Positions 50,847 to 60,792 of a stretch of DNA of 64,000 nt are shown piece after piece. A program made the translations under genes and the position numbers. The DNA is taken from positions 768,001 through 832,000 of the forward strand of contig CAVPIB010000004.1 of assembly GCA_963704885.1 (NCBI GenBank). The letters run 5' to 3'. Source of the DNA: an uncultured Actinomycetes bacterium. GTDB lineage: Bacteria > Actinomycetota > UBA4738 > HRBIN12. Below the pieces are notes generated by a model. It had not been told where the DNA came from, did no database searches, and saw only the letters and a program-made list of their open reading frames with translations. How positions within the stretch are numbered: the stretch's first letter is position 1; the number at the start of each line of letters is the position of its first letter.

Positions 50847-53459
50847 TCAACGTTCGCAGCCGAACACGGTGTCGTTCCCGGGCTGCCGGTTGCAGGAGTC
50901 GTTGCCCTTGCCGCCCTTCAGGACGTCGTGCGCCTGGCCACCGTCAAGCGCGTCGTTCCCGTTGTCACCGGTCAACAGGTCCTTCCCCTTACCGCCCTTG
51001 ATGACGTCATTGCCCCCGGCGCCGTGCAGCGTGTCGTTGCCGCCAGCGCCGCTGATCGTGTCATTGCCGCCGCCGGCCCTGATCACGTCGGCTCCCTTGC
51101 CGCCGTTGATCCGGTCCTTGCCGCCGCCGCCGTTCAACGTGTCCCGGCCGTTGACGCCTCTCAACTTGTCGTTGCCGTTCGCACCGACCAACGTGTCGTT
51201 GCCGTCGCCACCCTTGATGGTGTCGTTCCCGGCGCCACCCTTGAGCAGGTTCCGGCCGCCCGATCCGGTGATCGTGTCGTCGTGGCCGCTCCCGATCACG
51301 TTGGCGAACGCCACCACCGTGTCGGAGCCATCGCCGGTCGCCGAGCCGGAACTCAGGTCTACGTTCACCCCTGAACCTGCGCCGGCGAAGGTTACGGTGT
51401 CCTCGCCCCCGCCTCCGGCGAGCGAGTCGTTCCCGGCACCGCCCGAGATGGTGTCGTCGCCGTTGCCACCGTCGATCGAGTTGGCGTTGGCGTCGCCCGT
51501 GAGCGTGTCACCGGACCCCGAACCGATCAGGTTGTCGATCGCCGTCAGCGTGTCGCTGCCCGCGCCGCCCGTGCTCTGCGAGGTGAGGATCGTGAGGTTC
51601 ACGTTCACGCCCGAAGAGGCCGTGGCGTACGAAGCCGTGTCGTTCCCGCCGTTCCCGTTCAGGATGTCGTTCCCGATCCCGCCGATGAGCGTGTTGTCGC
51701 CGGTGCTTCCCGTGAGCGTGTCGTCGAATGAGGACCCCTCGACCTTCTCGAGCGTGGCCAGGGTGTCTGAGCCGAAGCCCCCGGTCGCCGTATTGGCTCC
51801 CAGGTTGACCACTACAGCGGAAGTAGCTCCGGCGTAGGACACGGTGTCGCTGCCGTTGCCGCCTATCAGGTTGTCGTCGCCCAGACGGCCGTTCACCGAG
51901 TCGTCCCCATCGGCGCCGTCCAGGCGGTTAGCCGCCGAGTCACCCAAGAGGGTGTCGGCCGACGCCGAGCCCGTAACGTTCTCGGTCTGGGTGATGGTGT
52001 CGGTTCCGCCGCCGCCCGTGTTCTGACCGGATGTGATCGCCAGGTCGACCGTGACCCCCGACGTGGACCCCGCGTAGCTGGCGGCGTCGGTCCCCACTCC
52101 ACCAGTGATGATGTCGTTGTTGCCCCCGCCGTTCAGCGTGTCGTTGCCCGCGCCCCCGTTCAGGGTGTTGGCATTGGCATCCCCGGTCAGCGTGTCGTCG
52201 AAGTCCGATCCCGTGACGTTCTCGGTCTGGGTGATGGTGTCGGTCCCGGCCCCGCCGGTGTTCTGGGCGGTGGTGACGGCCAGGCTCACGGTGACCGCGC
52301 CTGTGGCCGCGGAGTAGTCCACGGTGTCGGTCCCGGAACCACCATTGATGGCGTCGTTGCCCAGGCCTCCGTCGATCGAGTTGGCGTTTGCATCCCCGGT
52401 CAAGGTGTCGCCGTTGGCGCTGCCCAGCAGGTTCTCGATCTGAGAGATCGTGTCGCTGCCGGCGCCGACGGTGTTCTGCGCGGTGGTAGTCGAGAGGTTG
52501 ACCGTGACCGCCCCGCCGGCGCCGGCGTAGCTTGCCGTGTCGGTGCCGGAGCCACCGTTGATCGCGTCGTTGCCGTCACCGCCCACGATGACGTTGTTGC
52601 TGCTGTCGCCGGTCAGGGTGTCGTTGTAGGCAGAACCCGTCAGGTTCTCGGTCTGGGTGATGGTGTCGGTGCCAGCGCCGAGAGTGTTCTGCCCCGATGA
52701 GGTGGACAGGTTGACCGTGACTGCGCTCGAGGCCCCCGAGTAGCTGACGTTGTCGGTGCCCGCACCACCGTTGATGGTGTCGTCGCCGCCCGCAGCGCTG
52801 TTGTCGCCGTTCAGTCCGTCGTTGCCCGAGCCGCCCAGCAGCGTGTCGTTCCCACCGCCACCGTTCAGGACCACGCGGGAGGCGAACGCCGAGCCCGACC
52901 CCTCCGCGCCGCTGGCGGTCAGGGTGTCGTTCCCATCATTACCCGTGAGGGTGAAGTTCTCGGTGTTCGAGAACGTCACGTCCACGTCGTCGGGACTCTC
53001 AGCACCGTTCAGGTTGATGCCGGTGGTCCCGAGCGCGACGTTCTCGGCGGAACCGTCCCCGGTCACGACCAGCGAATCCGTGCCCGCTGCGAGGTTGACG
53101 GTGAACTCGATCTCGCTGTCCCCGCTCCCCTCGGCGGTGTCTCCGGGCGTGAACGCGGTGCCGATGTCTATCGTCAGCGTGTCATCACCATTGGACCCGG
53201 TCACGTTGATCGTGTCGGTGTTGTTCACGTCGGCCGTATCGCACTGGGCAGCGTCGAACTCGATGTCTGTCCCGTTCACCGACAGGGTGGAGCTGCCTCC
53301 GGTGATAGTCACCGTGAGGACCGCTCCCGCTTGGGTGCACGTGCCGGCGGCCGAGGCCGATCCTGGCATCAGGAATAGCCCCACCAGCGTCAGGATCGTC
53401 GTCATTACCAGGAGCCGGCGCGCGATCGCACGACGGGTGGAGCGGAGATGCCAAGCCAT
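50847..53459 (-). CDS. Secreted RTX-like (hemolysin-type Ca-binding repeat) protein
   Basis: Sec-like signal (ASA-A); many GG.G.D nonapeptides and D..SY....V.V.L..ENL.GS..D.LTG modules; Lys-rich C-terminus. Confidence 0.88.
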   Translation of the reverse strand: MAWHLRSTRRAIARRLLVMTTILTLVGLFLMPGSASAAGTCTQAGAVLTVTITGGSSTLSVNGTDIEFDAAQCDTADVNNTDTINVTGSNGDDTLTIDIGTAFTPGDTAEGSGDSEIEFTVNLAAGTDSLVVTGDGSAENVALGTTGINLNGAESPDDVDVTFSNTENFTLTGNDGNDTLTASGAEGSGSAFASRVVLNGGGGNDTLLGGSGNDGLNGDNSAAGGDDTINGGAGTDNVSYSGASSAVTVNLSTSSGQNTLGAGTDTITQTENLTGSAYNDTLTGDSSNNVIVGGDGNDAINGGSGTDTASYAGAGGAVTVNLSTTTAQNTVGAGSDTISQIENLLGSANGDTLTGDANANSIDGGLGNDAINGGSGTDTVDYSAATGAVTVSLAVTTAQNTGGAGTDTITQTENVTGSDFDDTLTGDANANTLNGGAGNDTLNGGGNNDIITGGVGTDAASYAGSTSGVTVDLAITSGQNTGGGGTDTITQTENVTGSASADTLLGDSAANRLDGADGDDSVNGRLGDDNLIGGNGSDTVSYAGATSAVVVNLGANTATGGFGSDTLATLEKVEGSSFDDTLTGSTGDNTLIGGIGNDILNGNGGNDTASYATASSGVNVNLTILTSQSTGGAGSDTLTAIDNLIGSGSGDTLTGDANANSIDGGNGDDTISGGAGNDSLAGGGGEDTVTFAGAGSGVNVDLSSGSATGDGSDTVVAFANVIGSGHDDTITGSGGRNLLKGGAGNDTIKGGDGNDTLVGANGNDKLRGVNGRDTLNGGGGKDRINGGKGADVIRAGGGNDTISGAGGNDTLHGAGGNDVIKGGKGKDLLTGDNGNDALDGGQAHDVLKGGKGNDSCNRQPGNDTVFGCER

Positions 53460-53558
53460 GGGTACCCTCCCCCTGCTCGGGTGTGGCTGCATCCTACGCA
53501 GACACGCGTTGCCTGCGCAATCGACGCTGCGTTAACCCCTCCGGTTCCCAGGGATCCC

Positions 53559-54173
53559 GGAAAGAAGGAACCGGCCCCCGAAGGGGGCCGGTTCCTGTGG
53601 AGCTTGAGCAGCTGTGAGCTCTAGACGGCGCCGATCTCGACGCCCTTCGTGAACTCGCAGTGCCGGGCACGGTCAACGCCCTGGCCTCCGTAGGCCTTGT
53701 CCTTACCCTGCTGACCGTTCATGTCGTCATCACCGGAACCGCCGCGCATGACGTCGTTACCTTGACCGCCGCGCATGTCGTCGTCTCCGGATCCACCGAT
53801 CATGTTGTCCTTGCCCTTGCCACCGACGAGCTCGTCCTCACCAGAGGCAGCCTTGATGGTGTCGTTGCCCTTACCACCCTTGAGCATCTGGTTGGAGCCG
53901 TCACCGGTGATCTTGTCCTTGAACTTCGAACCGATGACGTTCTCGACGTCGATGACGTTCTCGTCACCGTCGGCCGTCGTGGCGTTGTCCTGAGCGACGT
54001 TGACGTTAACGCCACCGTCCACCTCAGAAGCGAACGACAAGGTGTCGACGTTGTTGCCTCCGTCCAGGTCGTCGTCATCTCCGACGCCGCCGTTCAGGAA
54101 GTCGTTGTCTTCACCACCGTAGAGGTCGTCCTCGCCAGCGTCGCCGAACAGACGGTCCCGGTCCTCTTCACCG
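53559..54173. repeat. Near-identical 615-bp direct repeat, copy 1 (copy 2 at 56273-56887)
   Basis: Constant offset of 2714 bp; only about two mismatches noticed; covers the terminator and the 3' ends of both paralogs. Confidence 0.92.
53566..53596 (-). terminator. Rho-independent terminator
   Basis: aggaaccggcccc..ggggccggttcct hairpin with T-rich tail on the minus strand; identical copy at 56280-56310. Confidence 0.8.
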
Positions 54174-56173
54174 CGGAGCTCGTCGTCGCCGTCGTTGCCG
54201 TGGATCTTGTCGTCTCCGCCGTTGCCGAAGGCCACGTCGTCGCCCGAACCCATGTTGATGACGTCGTCTTCGCCGTCGGTCTCATCGCAGACACCACGGG
54301 TCAACTTGCAGCCACCCGAGTCGCCGAACGCGAGGTCGTCGCCTTCACCGGCGTTGATGGTGTCCTCGCCCCAACCGTGCGGGTCGTTGCCGTCTCCGTA
54401 GATGGTGTCATCGGTGGATTCCGAAACGAGCGAGTCTGCTGCGGTCCCGGAGTCGGTGATGGTGTCATCACCCTCGGCGCCGTAGATGGTGTCGTCGTCG
54501 TTACCGCCCTCGATCGTGTCGTCTCCACCCTCGCCCCAGAGGTCGTCTTCGCCGTTGCCACCGTCGATGGTGTCGTTGCCATCACCGTAGCCGTCCCACC
54601 AGTCATCATCACCGGCGATGGTGTCGTCACCGTTGCCACCGTTGATGGTGTCGTTGCCGCCCAGGACGCCGGGACCATCATCGTCGTAGCCGTCCTCGGT
54701 GAAGCAGTCCCAGTCACCGGTGAGGTAGTCACCGTCAGGAGAGACCTCGTCGCCACCTGAGATGGTGTCGTCGCCGGCGTTGCCGTAGATCTCGTTCTCT
54801 TCGTCGTCACCGGTCAGGGTGTCGTTGCCGGTGGAACCGATCAGCTCCTCGAAGTTGTCGAGGGTGTCGGTGCCCTGGCCCGTAGCGGTGCCGTCTGCGA
54901 GCGATGCGGTCACGCCGGCGCTCGAGTTAGCGAAGCTGGCGGCGTCGTCGTCGCCGGCTCCGTCGAGCGTGTCGTCACCAGGACCGCCCTGGATGACGTT
55001 CTCGTCCCCGTCGCCAGTGAGCGAGTCGTTCCCGCTACCGCCGTAGAGGTTCTCGATCCCGGTCTGGGTGTCGGTCTCCCCGGCCTCACCTGAGGTTCCG
55101 TTGATCGTTCCCGTCACCGGGTTCGTGCGGCCTGAGTAGTCGACCGAGTCGCCGTTGCAGTAGACGCCGTCCTCGGTGCCACCGTTGAGGTCGTCGTCAC
55201 CCTGGTCGAAGGTTGACTGCAGGAACATGTCGTCCCCGGCCTCACCGTTGGCGACGTCGTCGTCGGTGCCGTCGTCGATCACGTCGTCGCCGATGCCGGC
55301 GTCGACCAGGTCCGATCCGGGTCCACCGCCGATCGTGTCGTCGCTGGTCGGATCGTCAACGGTCGAAACACCGTTGTCATCGATCCAGTCGTCGTCGTTG
55401 CCGCCGTTCAGCGTGTCGTCGCCATCCCCGCCGTCGACGTAGTCATTGCCGGAGCCGGCGTTGACGATGTCGTCACCTTCGCCGCCGTAGATCTCGTCTC
55501 CGTCGGCCGGCACCTGCGCACCACCTGTGATGGTGTCGTCGCCGGCATCGCCCCAGAGTTCGATGTCCATGGTGTAGGCACCGCCGGTGCCGTTGCCGCC
55601 GGCAGCTGACAGGACGTCGTCGCCATCGTTGCCAAAGACATTGATGAACGTCGCCGTCGGATCGACCATGGTGATGTCGACGTCGGCATCGGCGTTCAGG
55701 GACGCGCCATTGACGCCGATCGTGACGACGTCATCTCCGGACGCGATGTCGCCGTCGTCGTCACCGATGTCCAGGTTCGCCACGCTGGCGTCCATCGTGA
55801 ACTCGATCTCAGCTTCCCCGGTTGCCTCAGGCGACTCGCCTGGGGCGAACGGGTTGTCGAGGATGATCCCGAAGTAACCCCCATCGCCGAGCACGTCGAT
55901 CCCGTCCGTGTTGTTCACGGTCGGGTTGTTGACGCAGTTGACGAAGGTGTCGTCGTAGTTGTCGTCGTACTGGATCGCCCCGCCGGGGCCGACGCGCATC
56001 TGTCCGTCGTCTCCCGAGATGGTCTGGTCGACCGTGATACGACGACTAACCGCGTTGTAGACGCAGTCAGTGGTAGCGGCCGACGCCGGGATCGCCGTCA
56101 AGACGATGAAGCTCCCGAGCACGAGCACGGATACGAGGGCGCCCGATCCGCGCCTAACGGATGAACCCTTCAT
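53621..56173 (-). CDS. Secreted highly acidic RTX-like Ca-binding protein (paralog A)
   Basis: Signal peptide LVLGSFIVLTAIPASA; dense G..GDD repeats; basic C-terminus ending HCEFTKGVEIGAV. Confidence 0.88.
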   Translation of the reverse strand: MKGSSVRRGSGALVSVLVLGSFIVLTAIPASAATTDCVYNAVSRRITVDQTISGDDGQMRVGPGGAIQYDDNYDDTFVNCVNNPTVNNTDGIDVLGDGGYFGIILDNPFAPGESPEATGEAEIEFTMDASVANLDIGDDDGDIASGDDVVTIGVNGASLNADADVDITMVDPTATFINVFGNDGDDVLSAAGGNGTGGAYTMDIELWGDAGDDTITGGAQVPADGDEIYGGEGDDIVNAGSGNDYVDGGDGDDTLNGGNDDDWIDDNGVSTVDDPTSDDTIGGGPGSDLVDAGIGDDVIDDGTDDDVANGEAGDDMFLQSTFDQGDDDLNGGTEDGVYCNGDSVDYSGRTNPVTGTINGTSGEAGETDTQTGIENLYGGSGNDSLTGDGDENVIQGGPGDDTLDGAGDDDAASFANSSAGVTASLADGTATGQGTDTLDNFEELIGSTGNDTLTGDDEENEIYGNAGDDTISGGDEVSPDGDYLTGDWDCFTEDGYDDDGPGVLGGNDTINGGNGDDTIAGDDDWWDGYGDGNDTIDGGNGEDDLWGEGGDDTIEGGNDDDTIYGAEGDDTITDSGTAADSLVSESTDDTIYGDGNDPHGWGEDTINAGEGDDLAFGDSGGCKLTRGVCDETDGEDDVINMGSGDDVAFGNGGDDKIHGNDGDDELRGEEDRDRLFGDAGEDDLYGGEDNDFLNGGVGDDDDLDGGNNVDTLSFASEVDGGVNVNVAQDNATTADGDENVIDVENVIGSKFKDKITGDGSNQMLKGGKGNDTIKAASGEDELVGGKGKDNMIGGSGDDDMRGGQGNDVMRGGSGDDDMNGQQGKDKAYGGQGVDRARHCEFTKGVEIGAV

Positions 56174-56279
56174 GCGGAACCCCTTCCCCCAGCCGACTCC
56201 ACAGCCGACTCCGGACACATCTCGCGGAGCATACCCTCCGATGGATGGGTGGGGCTGGAGGGAAGGACCTGGGGAAAGA

Positions 56280-56310
56280 AGGAACCGGCCCCCGAAGGGG
56301 GCCGGTTCCT
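56280..56310 (-). terminator. Rho-independent terminator (duplicate)
   Basis: Same hairpin as 53566-53596. Confidence 0.8.
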
Positions 56311-56334
56311 GTGGAGCTTGAGCAGCTGTGAGCT

Positions 56335-58862
56335 CTAGACGGCACCGATCTCGACGCCCTTCGTGAACTCGCAGTGCCGGGCACGGTCAACGCCCTGGCC
56401 TCCGTAGGCCTTGTCCTTACCCTGCTGACCGTTCATGTCGTCATCACCGGAACCGCCGCGCATGACGTCGTTACCTTGACCGCCGCGCATGTCGTCGTCT
56501 CCGGATCCACCGATCATGTTGTCCTTGCCCTTGCCACCGACGAGCTCGTCCTCACCAGAGGCGGCCTTGATGGTGTCGTTGCCCTTACCACCCTTGAGCA
56601 TCTGGTTGGAGCCGTCACCGGTGATCTTGTCCTTGAACTTCGAACCGATGACGTTCTCGACGTCGATGACGTTCTCGTCACCGTCGGCCGTCGTGGCGTT
56701 GTCCTGAGCGACGTTGACGTTAACGCCACCGTCCACCTCAGAAGCGAACGACAAGGTGTCGACGTTGTTGCCTCCGTCCAGGTCGTCGTCATCTCCGACG
56801 CCGCCGTTCAGGAAGTCGTTGTCTTCACCACCGTAGAGGTCGTCCTCGCCAGCGTCGCCGAACAGACGGTCCCGGTCCTCTTCACCGTAGAGCGTGTCGT
56901 CGCCGTCGTTGCCGTGGATCTTGTCGTCGCCACCGTTGCCTTCGGCGTAGTCGTCGCCGGCCCGGCCGTTCATGACATCGTCTTCGCCCTCATCATCGGT
57001 ACCGCTGTCGCCGTAGAGGTCGTCGTCGCCCTCGCCGGCGTTGAGGGTGTCCTCGCCCCAGCCGTTCGGGTCGTTGTTGTCCCCGTACAGCGTGTCATCA
57101 GAGGTGTCCGAAACGAGCGAGTCCGCCACGGTGCCGGAGTCGGTGATGGCGTCGTCGCCCTCGTCACCTTCGAGGTAGTCATCATCGTTGCCGCCCTCGA
57201 TGGTGTCGTTGCCGCCTTCACCGTAGACATCGTCTTCGCCGTTGCCGCCGTCGAGGATGTCGTTGCCATCGCCGTAGCCGTCGAACCAGTCGTCGTCACC
57301 GGTGAGATAGTCGTCACCGTCGCCACCGTTGATGGTGTCGTTGCCACCCAGGACGCCGGGACCATCATCGTCGTAGCCGTCCTCGGTGAAGCAGTCCCAG
57401 TCGCCGTTGAGGTAGTCGCCATCGGGCGAAACCTCGTCGCCACCGTTGATGACGTCGTCGCCGGCGTTGCCGGAGATCCAGTTCTCGTCATCGTCACCGG
57501 TCAGGGTGTCGTTGCCTGTGGAACCGATCAATTCCTCGAAGTCGTCGAGGGTGTCGGTGCCCTGGCCTGTCGCGGTGCCATCGGCGAGCGATGCGGTCAC
57601 GCCGGCGCTCGAGTTCGCGAAGCTGGCAGCGTCGTCGCCACCGGCACCGTCGAGCGTGTCGTCACCAGGACCACCCTGGATGACGTTCTCGTCCCCGTCG
57701 CCGGTGAGCGAGTCGTTGCCGCTACCGCCGTACAGGTTCTCGATCCCGGACTGAGTGTCGGTCTCGCCGGCCTCACCTGAGGTGGTGTTGATCGTTCCCG
57801 TCACCGGGTTGGTGCGACCGCTGTAGTCGACCGTGTCACCGTTGCAGTAGACGCCGTCCTCGGTGCCACCGATCAGCGTGTCGTCACCCTGATCGAAGGT
57901 GGACTGCAGGAACCAGTCGTCCCCAGCCTCACCGTCGGCCGTGTCGTCGTCGGTTCCGTCGTCGATGGAGTCATCGCCGATACCGGCTGTGATCGTCGTC
58001 GACCCCGGGGCCACCGCTGATGGTGTCGTCGGTGGTCGGATCGTCGACCGTCACGGCGCCGTTGTCGTCGATGTCGTCGTCGTCGTTGCCACCGTTCAGG
58101 GTGTCGTTGCCGTCCCCGCCGTCGATGTAGTCATCGCCGGAGAGACCATTGATGGTGTCATTGCCGTCGTCGCCTTCGAGGTCGTCCCTCGGGTGCCGGG
58201 AGGCGCCGCACCACCGGTGATCGTGTCGTTGCCGTCCTCACCGGCGATGAAGAGATCGATGTCCTGACGTATGCCCCACCGGTCCCGTTGCCGCCCGCCG
58301 CAGACAGCGTGTCGTCACCGTCGTCGCCGTAGATCCTCGCCCCCGGAACCGTAGCCAAGTGGTGAGGGGATCAACGATCGTGACGTCCACGTCGTGTCGG
58401 CGTTCAGCGCGACGCCGTTCACGCCGACCGTGATCGTGTCGTCGCCTGAGGAGCCGTGACCTCGAGGTACCGACACGTTGGCATCCATCGTGAACTCGAT
58501 CTCGGCCTCACCTGTCGCCTCAGGCGACTCGCCCGGGGCGAAGGGTCCGTCGGAAAGATCGATGATGAACGTACGGCCGAGTCACCCACGACGTCAACAC
58601 CATCCGTGTTGTTCACGTTCGGGTTGTTGTGCAGGCGACCGCCGTTGTAGTTGTGTGATGGCGCCACCGGGACCGCTCGACCGTCCATGACGTCGCTACC
58701 GGGTCTGCGTCACCGTGATGCGCCGGCTCACCGCGTTGTACACGCAGTCACCGGGCTGTCGGCCGACGCGGGGATCGCCGTCAAGACGATGAAACTCCCG
58801 AGCGTCAGCCCGAATACGAGGGCACCCAATCGGCGCGCCCCGCGAGAGCGTTGTGCTCTCAT
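56335..58862 (-). CDS. Secreted acidic RTX-like Ca-binding protein (paralog B); several frameshifts in 58000-58750
   Basis: Start MRAQRSRGARRLGALVFGLTLGSFIVLTAIPASA with RBS AAGGAG; fragments in several frames align with paralog A. Confidence 0.8.
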
Positions 58863-59068
58863 GCGCTCACTCCTTTCGCTCCACTGCCCAACATATGAGT
58901 CGCCCGCGTGAGGTCCGGGGGGGTAAGACCGACCGGCGTGCCTAACCGCTCCAAACCCGATCCCCTCTCTCCACAACGAGCCAAGCTGGTCCGCCCAGGC
59001 GACCCAACCGCCAGGACCCTATCGTCCCGTTCGGGGGCAGTCAAACAGTTGACTGCCCTACCTTGGAT

Positions 59069-59095
59069 AACGTCGCATCGGAGCCAGGGTTGCTC
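59069..59095 (-). promoter_or_regulatory. Putative ECF-sigma promoter GAGCAACC-N15-CGTT upstream of RTX paralog B
   Basis: Minus strand gagcaacc-ctggctccgatgcga-cgtt; same boxes and spacing at 60674-60700. Confidence 0.65.
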
Positions 59096-59123
59096 TTCGC
59101 GGGTGACTGTTCGGAGCCTGGAG

Positions 59124-60652
59124 TCATCCCAGAGGCTGGACGTGGGACAGATCAGGGTCTGCCCGTCGCTCCAGAACGTGAAGGAAGCCTGGTAGGACCC
59201 GGTCTCCGGGGCCAACATGGCGTCGTCCACGACTTCCTGGGTGCCCCTGAGCTGATAGGCACCAGTGAACGTGTACGTGGTCAGTCCCTGATCGTCCGAA
59301 GTCGCGGACAGCAGGCTCCCGCCGGAGGTCGTGTACGGATACCAGCCCCCCGCCGCCGTTGCGATGTACATGTTGAGGTATCCGAGCGTGCCGGTCTGAC
59401 CGACCACGACGCCTTCGTACTCCATGGTCATGCTCCAGGCCTCGGCGCCGCCGGCGTCGTACCCGGAACCCCCGAGGGTCTGACGGAACGCGACGTCGCC
59501 GTCTTCCTGACGATCGACGTGGCTGGTCTTGACCTTCATCTGGAGGGGGCAATCGCAGGCCGCGAACGCGAACGCCGACTCGAACCCGAACGTCCATGCG
59601 GGGGGCAGGACCACGGGCGGGGGCGAAGGATTGCCGGACGGCTCAGTCACGGGCGAGGGCTCGGGCGTCGAGGTCTCGACGGGCGCCGGAACCGTCACGA
59701 CCGGCACCTCCGGCTGGGCGGCCTTGGGCTTGGGATGCTTGACCACAGGCGGCCCCACCGCGACGGACACCACGGCCGCCTCCTGCACCGGCGCGGGCGC
59801 CACGACGGCCGCCGCCGGGCTCGGCTTGGGGATGTCCTTCGAGTGACGGACCGCGATCGCGCCCACTCCGACCGTCCCCGCGACCATCACGGCGACCGCC
59901 GCCGCGGTCACCTTCTCCGCCGTGGAGGCTGTGGCCTCGGTCGCGACGGGCGAGACGGACGCGCGTGCGGCGAGGTTGTTCAGGCCACCGGACAGTCGCC
60001 GGAGCCCGGCGGGGATCAGGAACCACGGCAGGAACGCCGCGATGCCGCGGTGCTCTTCGCCCCAAGCTCGGCGGAACGTGCCCTTGGCGCGATGGATCAG
60101 AGCCTTCGCCTGCGCGGGAGAGACGCCCATCGTCCCGGCGATCTCTTCGTGGGAGCGACCCTCGAACTCACGGAGCAGCAAGACCTCGCGATGGTGGTCC
60201 GGGATCTCGTGGAGCACTGCACGCACGCGCTCCTGCTCCAGTATGCGGGTCACGATCTCCTCGGGATCCAGGTCGTCGGCGCCGCGCGCGTCCAGCAGGT
60301 CGTTGATCTCCATGCCGTTCTGCGGACGGCGAGCGCGAGCGCGCACCATGTCCACCGAAACGTTGGTGGCGATACGCGCGATCCACGCCTGGAGCTGGTA
60401 TCGACCGTTGAAGACCGGCAAACCTCGCAGGACGCGGAGCATGGTCTCCTGCACGGCCTCCTGCGCGTCTTCGCGGTTGCCCAAGACACGCATGCAGATG
60501 CGCTCGGCGAACGGTTGGTAGCGCGCGAAGATCTCGTCGTAGACCCCGGGCTCGCCCATCTGGAACCGGAGAACCAGCGATTTGTCCACGGGCAGGCCGT
60601 CGACATCGGCTGCCGTCCGGGTGAGCTGCAGATCGGTCAGGGTCGTGGCCAC
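59124..60652 (-). CDS. ECF RNA polymerase sigma factor with C-terminal TM helix, Pro-rich linker and putative extracellular domain
   Basis: Region 2 DAQEAVQET..AWIARIATN; region 4 LREFEGRSHEEIA..GVS..KALIHRAK; TM KVTAAAVAVMVAGTVGVGAIAV; ORF track runs to 58859 but the true end is probably near 59124. Confidence 0.85.
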
Positions 60653-60673
60653 AGATCTCCTCTTATCGCTTGA

Positions 60674-60700
60674 AACGTGGGGAAGAGCGGAAGGTTGCTC
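60674..60700 (-). promoter_or_regulatory. Putative autoregulatory ECF promoter GAGCAACC-N15-CGTT
   Basis: Minus strand gagcaacc-ttccgctcttcccca-cgtt, about 20 nt upstream of the sigma start. Confidence 0.65.
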
Positions 60701-60792
60701 CTCGCTCCTGATACATCGGCCGGAACCCCTTCGCGACTGGAGCCCAGCCTAACACGATGGTGCGTGCGGACGGCCTATGTGTGGCCAGCGCG

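Noticed and set aside
49510-60745. Sigma28/WhiG-like GCCGAT boxes near 49535 and 60715 (also near 10077)
   Set aside because: The -35 elements and spacing were inconsistent and the hexamer is common at this GC content
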